From: Candidatus Levyibacteriota bacterium
Lineage (GTDB): Bacteria; Patescibacteriota; Microgenomatia; Levybacterales; UBA12049
NCBI GenBank assembly: GCA_043823085.1
Contig: JBDRBE010000004.1
Span: forward strand, 197,510-261,509
Reading direction: 5' to 3'
DNA length: 64,000 nucleotides
Shown here: positions 59,097 to 64,000 of the stretch, piece by piece
How positions within the stretch are numbered: the stretch's first letter is position 1
Layout: the number at the start of each line of letters is the position of its first letter
Position numbers and translations under genes: made by a program
The notes under the pieces: generated by a model
What the model was told of the DNA's origin: nothing
Seen by the model: the letters and a program-made list of their open reading frames with translations, nothing else
Database searches by the model: none

Positions 59097-60131
59097 TCAA
59101 ACCAAGGGTAATTGAATGCTGAAAGTTGAGCCTTTACCAATTTTGCTTTTGACGCTAACCATGCCGTGATGATTATTAATTATTTTTTTTGCAATTGATA
59201 AACCCAATCCATAGCCTGGAATTGTGGTTTTGGTTCTCGATTTATCAACCCTATAGAATCTGTCGAAAAGATGGGGGATATCGGTTTCACTAATCCCATA
59301 TCCCTCATCTGAAATATCAACGACAATATTCCCGTCAGATTTTTTAGAAGACAAAATAACTTTTGTTTGTTGTGAACTATATTTAATGGCATTATCCAAA
59401 AAAATAACAAAAACTTCTGTCAGCTTTTTTCTATCTCCGTTAATCAAATAATCATCTATTTTATTTATAATTTTAATATTTTTACTTTTTGCAAGGCTTG
59501 CAACTTTTTTTATTGCATCGTTAATAATTAAAAGCAGGGAAACTTCGGAAAACTTAAAACCATCTGCGACATTCTGATATTGGTTAATTTTAATGAGTCC
59601 GTCGGATAAAACCTGCAAATTGTTGACTTCTTCCAAATTGCTTTTTAATAATTTTTTTGCCTGGCCAAGAGTTAAATTTTTATCTCTCAAATTTACTTCT
59701 ATTTCGGATTTTAAAGATGTTAAGGGCGTCCGCAATTCGTGAGAGGCATCGGAAATAAAAAGGTTCTGCTCGTCCATCATTTCTTTTATGGGACCAAGGG
59801 TTCTTCCGGCCAAAAAGTAACCCGCAATTGCGGAAGTAACTAAAATTACAAAATTTATTAATGCTAAAGCGACTGTAAGGCGATATTTTGTTTCTGCAAT
59901 TATTTGAGGGTCAAGCGATAATAAACTTTGAAAATCACTATTATCATCGGAGGGCGGAGGAATTCTAAAACGATCTGGTAGTCTACGCTGGATTCTCAAC
60001 TCTTGAGCTTTTTGAACTCTATCTAGTTCAAGCGTAAGCACCCGATACATTGAAATACTAAAGGAAATACTGATAATCATTATTATCAGTAAATACCAAA
60101 CAGTTAATTTAATTCTGGCCGAATGAAACAT
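59097..60131 (-). CDS. Sensor histidine kinase
   Basis: SHELRTP, DNAIKY and GYGLGL motifs. Confidence 0.95.
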   Translation of the reverse strand: MFHSARIKLTVWYLLIIMIISISFSISMYRVLTLELDRVQKAQELRIQRRLPDRFRIPPPSDDNSDFQSLLSLDPQIIAETKYRLTVALALINFVILVTSAIAGYFLAGRTLGPIKEMMDEQNLFISDASHELRTPLTSLKSEIEVNLRDKNLTLGQAKKLLKSNLEEVNNLQVLSDGLIKINQYQNVADGFKFSEVSLLLIINDAIKKVASLAKSKNIKIINKIDDYLINGDRKKLTEVFVIFLDNAIKYSSQQTKVILSSKKSDGNIVVDISDEGYGISETDIPHLFDRFYRVDKSRTKTTIPGYGLGLSIAKKIINNHHGMVSVKSKIGKGSTFSIQLPLV

Positions 60132-60811
60132 TATTTTGCTCCTCCTAATCTATATCCAAAGCCCCGAACAGTATAAATTAACGGTTTTTTGTTTTTAAAT
60201 GGCTCGTCAATTTTTTTTCGAAGATATCCAATATAAACTTCAACCGTATTTGGCAGTATATCTGCTTCGTAATCCCAAACATGACTTATAATTTGTTCTT
60301 TTGTTAAAACTCTCTGCGGGTGCCTTAATAAATATTCTAAAAGTGAAAATTCTTTTCTAGACAAGGGAATTACTTTTTTCCCACGCGTTAATTGATACGT
60401 TTGAGTATTCAAACTTAAATCTTCATAGATCAAGGTTGAATTGACAATATTTTTTGGCCGTCTTGTTAAAGCTCTAACGCGTGCTAATAATTCTTCAAAG
60501 GCAAAAGGCTTTGTTAAATAATCATCCGCACCAGCATTTAAACCTTGAACTTTATCATTTAATTCACCTTTTGCCGTTAGTATCAGAATCGGAGTATGAT
60601 TTTTTTCTTCTCTTAATTTTTTGCTAACAGTTATTCCGTCCATTTGAGGAAGTAAAACATCAAGAATAATTAAATCATAATCTTGGGTTGATGCTAAATC
60701 AAAACCTGTTGTTCCCTCATATGCCACATCTACAATAAAAGATTCTTGTTCCAAACCTTTTTTAATTGAATTTGCGATTTTATGTTCGTCTTCAACGACC
60801 AATACTCTCAT
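60131..60811 (-). CDS. OmpR-family response regulator
   Basis: VEDE, GADDYLTKPF and TVRGFGY motifs. Confidence 0.96.
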   Translation of the reverse strand: MRVLVVEDEHKIANSIKKGLEQESFIVDVAYEGTTGFDLASTQDYDLIILDVLLPQMDGITVSKKLREEKNHTPILILTAKGELNDKVQGLNAGADDYLTKPFAFEELLARVRALTRRPKNIVNSTLIYEDLSLNTQTYQLTRGKKVIPLSRKEFSLLEYLLRHPQRVLTKEQIISHVWDYEADILPNTVEVYIGYLRKKIDEPFKNKKPLIYTVRGFGYRLGGAK

Positions 60812-60879
60812 TTTCACCCATATTATATCAGAAAGCTGAAAAATAACTGAAGAATAGGCGTTTAAACTTTATTTGAGGA

Positions 60880-61182
60880 CTATGCTAAATGAGCTCTTTT
60901 TTGCATATTTTTTTTCGATAATGATTCTGCTTTTCTCGCGGCTAAATTTTTTTCCTTAGTGATTCTGGCATCATTGCGCTTCTTTTTTTCAGCAAGCTGA
61001 ACTTTGTCAAAGTTTTCCTGACATATAATATTTGTACAAACAATCTGGGTATAATCTATTGTGGTTGTTCCCATTATGGTCGGGATTACTTCCTTCCACT
61101 TTTTTGCAACGCGTCTTTTACTTCCACATCGACCACATGGCTCATCAAGATATATGGTGGCAGAGGTTTTATTTTTCCGCAT
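60880..61182 (-). CDS. Basic zinc-ribbon hypothetical protein
   Basis: CGRC...CTNIIC motifs. Confidence 0.65.
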   Translation of the reverse strand: MRKNKTSATIYLDEPCGRCGSKRRVAKKWKEVIPTIMGTTTIDYTQIVCTNIICQENFDKVQLAEKKKRNDARITKEKNLAARKAESLSKKNMQKRAHLA

Positions 61183-61241
61183 ATTAAAGGAGTTTTATTA
61201 TAGCAAATTTCCGCCAAATAAGCAAGGGGAATTGGCAGATT

Positions 61242-61649
61242 TCAAAAACCTAAATTTTGATATTGACCGACGGAGGAATTGATAGATTTAGTTAATTGAG
61301 AAAAAAGGTTTACGGAATACCAAATCATAATTACTGCTGAAAGAATAGTTAAAATTATGGCAACCATACCAACTATTTTTGCTTTTTTATCATTTCGCAA
61401 AAGATATTTTATACCGGGCCAAAGACCAAGCGGAGGAAGAAAAATACTCAATAAATAAATGCCTATTTGTTTTCCAATAGTAATTTTTGCATCTTTTATT
61501 TTCTTGCCGCAATTTGGACAAAACAAAAAAACTTCAGAGATTGGAAACTGGCAAAAGGGACAAACTAAATTCGAAACAGATGGCTGCTGAACAATAACTT
61601 CCTGATTTTCCACTGATTGAATTGTTTCACGCCGCAATATTCTTGTCAA
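61242..61649 (-). CDS. Zinc-ribbon membrane protein
   Basis: CPFC..CPNCG plus TM segments; start uncertain. Confidence 0.7.
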   Translation of the reverse strand: MTRILRRETIQSVENQEVIVQQPSVSNLVCPFCQFPISEVFLFCPNCGKKIKDAKITIGKQIGIYLLSIFLPPLGLWPGIKYLLRNDKKAKIVGMVAIILTILSAVIMIWYSVNLFSQLTKSINSSVGQYQNLGF

Positions 61650-61703
61650 GAAATGTTGACACTCTAATAAAAATATCTTATCATCAAAACGCTATTTCAA
61701 TTT

Positions 61704-62813
61704 ATGTTAATGAAAATTTGGGGGCATGTTAGCTATTTTTTAAAAGATTTCGGACCTTATCTTATAATTCTTTTTACCGCTTCGATTTTTTTTCTATTTT
61801 CAATTATAAAAATTTACAAATCAAAAATATCGCAGAATAAAAAAAATGCACTGCTTTTATTGGTTTTTACTCTTGTTTCATTTATTTTTATCTATAGCGG
61901 GTTTGAAGCCTATCTTAGATTCCGTTTTGATGAGTCCGACAGCCTTGGATTTTTAAAAGTTAGCGAAAGATGGTTTCAAAGACATGTTGTATTTAATAAT
62001 TTTAATTACCGGGACAAAAAATTTACCCTTGATAAAACTCCAGGGGTCGTGCGAATCGGAGTAATAGGGGATTCACTCGCCATGGGCTATGGAATTAAAA
62101 ATATTAACGATAGATTTTCAAATATTTTGGAAAAAAAATTAAATGACAACGGTTCCCATGTAGAAATTTATAATTTTGCCCAATCCGGATTTGACACTGA
62201 ACACGAAACCTTGGAGTATCAAAAGGTTAAAAAATTCAATTTTGACATTCTTCTTTGGTCTTACTTTTTAAACGATATTGAAGAAGCAAGCAAAAGCGCC
62301 GGAACAGCTGTTTTAAAAAAAGCTCAGGAATTACCATCGCCGCTTATTCAATTTCTATCCGACAACTCATTTCTTTTTAATTATATTTATTGGCGCCTGG
62401 ATGCAAGATACGACAAAACTTTCTCAAATCTAAAAAATGCCGATCTTTCTCAATACGATGATCAAGCTGTCTTCTCCCATCACAAACAGCTCATATCCTC
62501 TTTTTCAGCTCAACTCCAGGCAGAAAATAAAAAAACGGTTGTCGTCATTTTCCCTTTCTTCTATTTCTTCCCAAATTATCCTTTGGATGCAATTGCCGTT
62601 CATAACCGCATGGATAAAATTTTTCAGGACAATGGCGCGTTGGCTATTGTCGATATGCTAAATTACGTTAAAGGCAAAAACAAAAATGAATTAGTTGTCG
62701 GTCCATATGACGCGCATCCCAATGAATATGTCCACAATTTAACCGCAGAAAAATTATATGACGCTATTTTTCCATTGCTTGAAAACAAAGATGGACAAAC
62801 TTTTATAAAATAA
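61704..62813 (+). CDS. SGNH/GDSL hydrolase family protein
   Basis: GDS, LND and DAHPN motifs; N-terminal TM segments. Confidence 0.85.
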   Translation: MLMKIWGHVSYFLKDFGPYLIILFTASIFFLFSIIKIYKSKISQNKKNALLLLVFTLVSFIFIYSGFEAYLRFRFDESDSLGFLKVSERWFQRHVVFNNFNYRDKKFTLDKTPGVVRIGVIGDSLAMGYGIKNINDRFSNILEKKLNDNGSHVEIYNFAQSGFDTEHETLEYQKVKKFNFDILLWSYFLNDIEEASKSAGTAVLKKAQELPSPLIQFLSDNSFLFNYIYWRLDARYDKTFSNLKNADLSQYDDQAVFSHHKQLISSFSAQLQAENKKTVVVIFPFFYFFPNYPLDAIAVHNRMDKIFQDNGALAIVDMLNYVKGKNKNELVVGPYDAHPNEYVHNLTAEKLYDAIFPLLENKDGQTFIK

Positions 62814-62815
62814 TA

Positions 62816-63049
62816 ATGAGGTATTTAAAAACTTTTTGGAAAAAATGGAAATATTTTGCCAAAATTGTTACTAACTTCCAAGCTCAAGTTATTTTCACAC
62901 TTTTTTATTTTTTAATACTTTGGATGGTTGGATTTATTTTTAGACTTATATCGGATCCTTTAAAAATAAAGAACAAATCGCTTAAATCAAGTTTTTCCCG
63001 CTGGGAGCATCCAAACGAGTCTCTAGAAGAAGCCCGTAAACCATATTAA
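62816..63049 (+). CDS. SxtJ-like small membrane protein
   Basis: IFTLFYF...DPL pattern, upstream of a carbamoyltransferase. Confidence 0.6.
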   Translation: MRYLKTFWKKWKYFAKIVTNFQAQVIFTLFYFLILWMVGFIFRLISDPLKIKNKSLKSSFSRWEHPNESLEEARKPY

Positions 63050-63052
63050 TTT

Positions 63053-64000
63053 ATGTATATCCTAGGTATTTCTTGTTTTTACCATGAATCAGCCGCTTGT
63101 TTGATAAAGAATGGCAAAGTTTTGGCCGCATCAGCAGAAGAAAGATTTACAAGAAAAAAGCATGACAGCGATTTTCCTAAAGTTGCAATTGATTTTTGTC
63201 TAAAAAAAGCTGGCATAAAAAACAAAGATTTAGATTTTGTAGTTTTTTACGAAAAGCCATTTTGGAAATTTCAAAGAATTCTACAGTCGATTTTACAAAA
63301 TTATCCTTTTACAAGCCGTCTTTTTACCAAGGCGATGAATAATTGGCTCGTAGAAAAGCTTTGGGTTCGTTCAATTATTGCCGGAAAGCTTGATATCCAA
63401 AACAAAAAAATTCTCTTTGTTCCTCACCATCTTTCGCATGCGGCCGCAAGTTTTTACCCCTCAGGATTTACAAATGCCGCAATAATGACAGTTGACGCTG
63501 TTGGAGAATGGACGACAACGGCTTATGGAAAAGGAAACGGTAATAAAATAACAATCGAAAAAGAAATAAGATTTCCCCACAGTCTCGGTCTTTTGTATTC
63601 TGTTTTTACAGCTTTTTTGGGTTTTGAAGTTAACGATGGCGAGTACAAGGTTATGGGAATGGCTCCTTACGGAAAACCATTATATCTTGACAAGATTAAA
63701 AAAATGATTCGCGTATTCCCCGATGGTTCATATCAATTAAACATGAATTATTTTAGCTTTCATAAATCAGCAGACAAATCATATACTTCCAAATTTGTTG
63801 AATTGCTTGGGAAACCAAGACCTCGCGATCTGTACTTTTTTACCAAAGATTCCGGCTTTCCAAGTTATTTTGGCCATAAACCAAAAAATTATAACGAGCT
63901 TGCCAAGCTAAATCAGCATTACGCCGATGTTGCCGCCTCTATCCAAACATTCACCGAAGAACTTTTATTGTTGATGGCAAACAAACTTTATGAAAAAACA
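63053..64000 (+). CDS. Carbamoyltransferase (NodU/CmcH family), truncated at the window end
   Basis: Manual translation gives MYILGISCFYHESAA, EERFTRKKH, HHLSHAA and GEYKVMGMAPYG. Confidence 0.93.
   Translation, partial: MYILGISCFYHESAACLIKNGKVLAASAEERFTRKKHDSDFPKVAIDFCLKKAGIKNKDLDFVVFYEKPFWKFQRILQSILQNYPFTSRLFTKAMNNWLVEKLWVRSIIAGKLDIQNKKILFVPHHLSHAAASFYPSGFTNAAIMTVDAVGEWTTTAYGKGNGNKITIEKEIRFPHSLGLLYSVFTAFLGFEVNDGEYKVMGMAPYGKPLYLDKIKKMIRVFPDGSYQLNMNYFSFHKSADKSYTSKFVELLGKPRPRDLYFFTKDSGFPSYFGHKPKNYNELAKLNQHYADVAASIQTFTEELLLLMANKLYEKT

Noticed and set aside
61704-64000. Saxitoxin biosynthesis
   Set aside because: No sxtA, sxtG or other core genes in the window, and these accessory families are widespread

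Overview
This is an AT-rich bacterial chromosome segment using the standard code. Gene content, short intergenic regions and many apparently leaderless genes suggest Patescibacteria/CPR, probably Microgenomates (inference). The core genes are uvrB/lexA, a minus-strand central-carbon operon (pmm, cupin, cupin-type GPI, ppsA, eno, gpmA, acs), uvrA-transglutaminase-uvrC, rnhB, dinB, ribE/ribH, typA, a MacAB-like exporter with a two-component system, the start of an SGNH/SxtJ-like/carbamoyltransferase cluster, and nine tRNAs. An accessory region (about 15.5-24.1 kb) around tRNA-Lys(TTT) carries a second LexA heading an R-M operon (R-M fusion plus S subunit) with an embedded NYN RNase. It also carries a GIY-YIG nuclease, an isoprenoid-synthase-like gene and a second, interrupted NYN gene. 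The most notable sequence-level signals are: (1) a short hairpin repeat family (stem-TTCGAC...GCTCA-stem) with co-varying stems, clustered near the GIY-YIG gene and inserted into acs, ppsA and hsdS and next to tRNAs; (2) a small promoter-plus-terminator structured RNA unit beside each NYN gene; (3) a LexA-headed R-M operon; (4) a strongly structured typA leader; (5) scattered 7-bp tandem repeats inside conserved genes. No database searches were run, so family calls rest on motifs recognised by eye.
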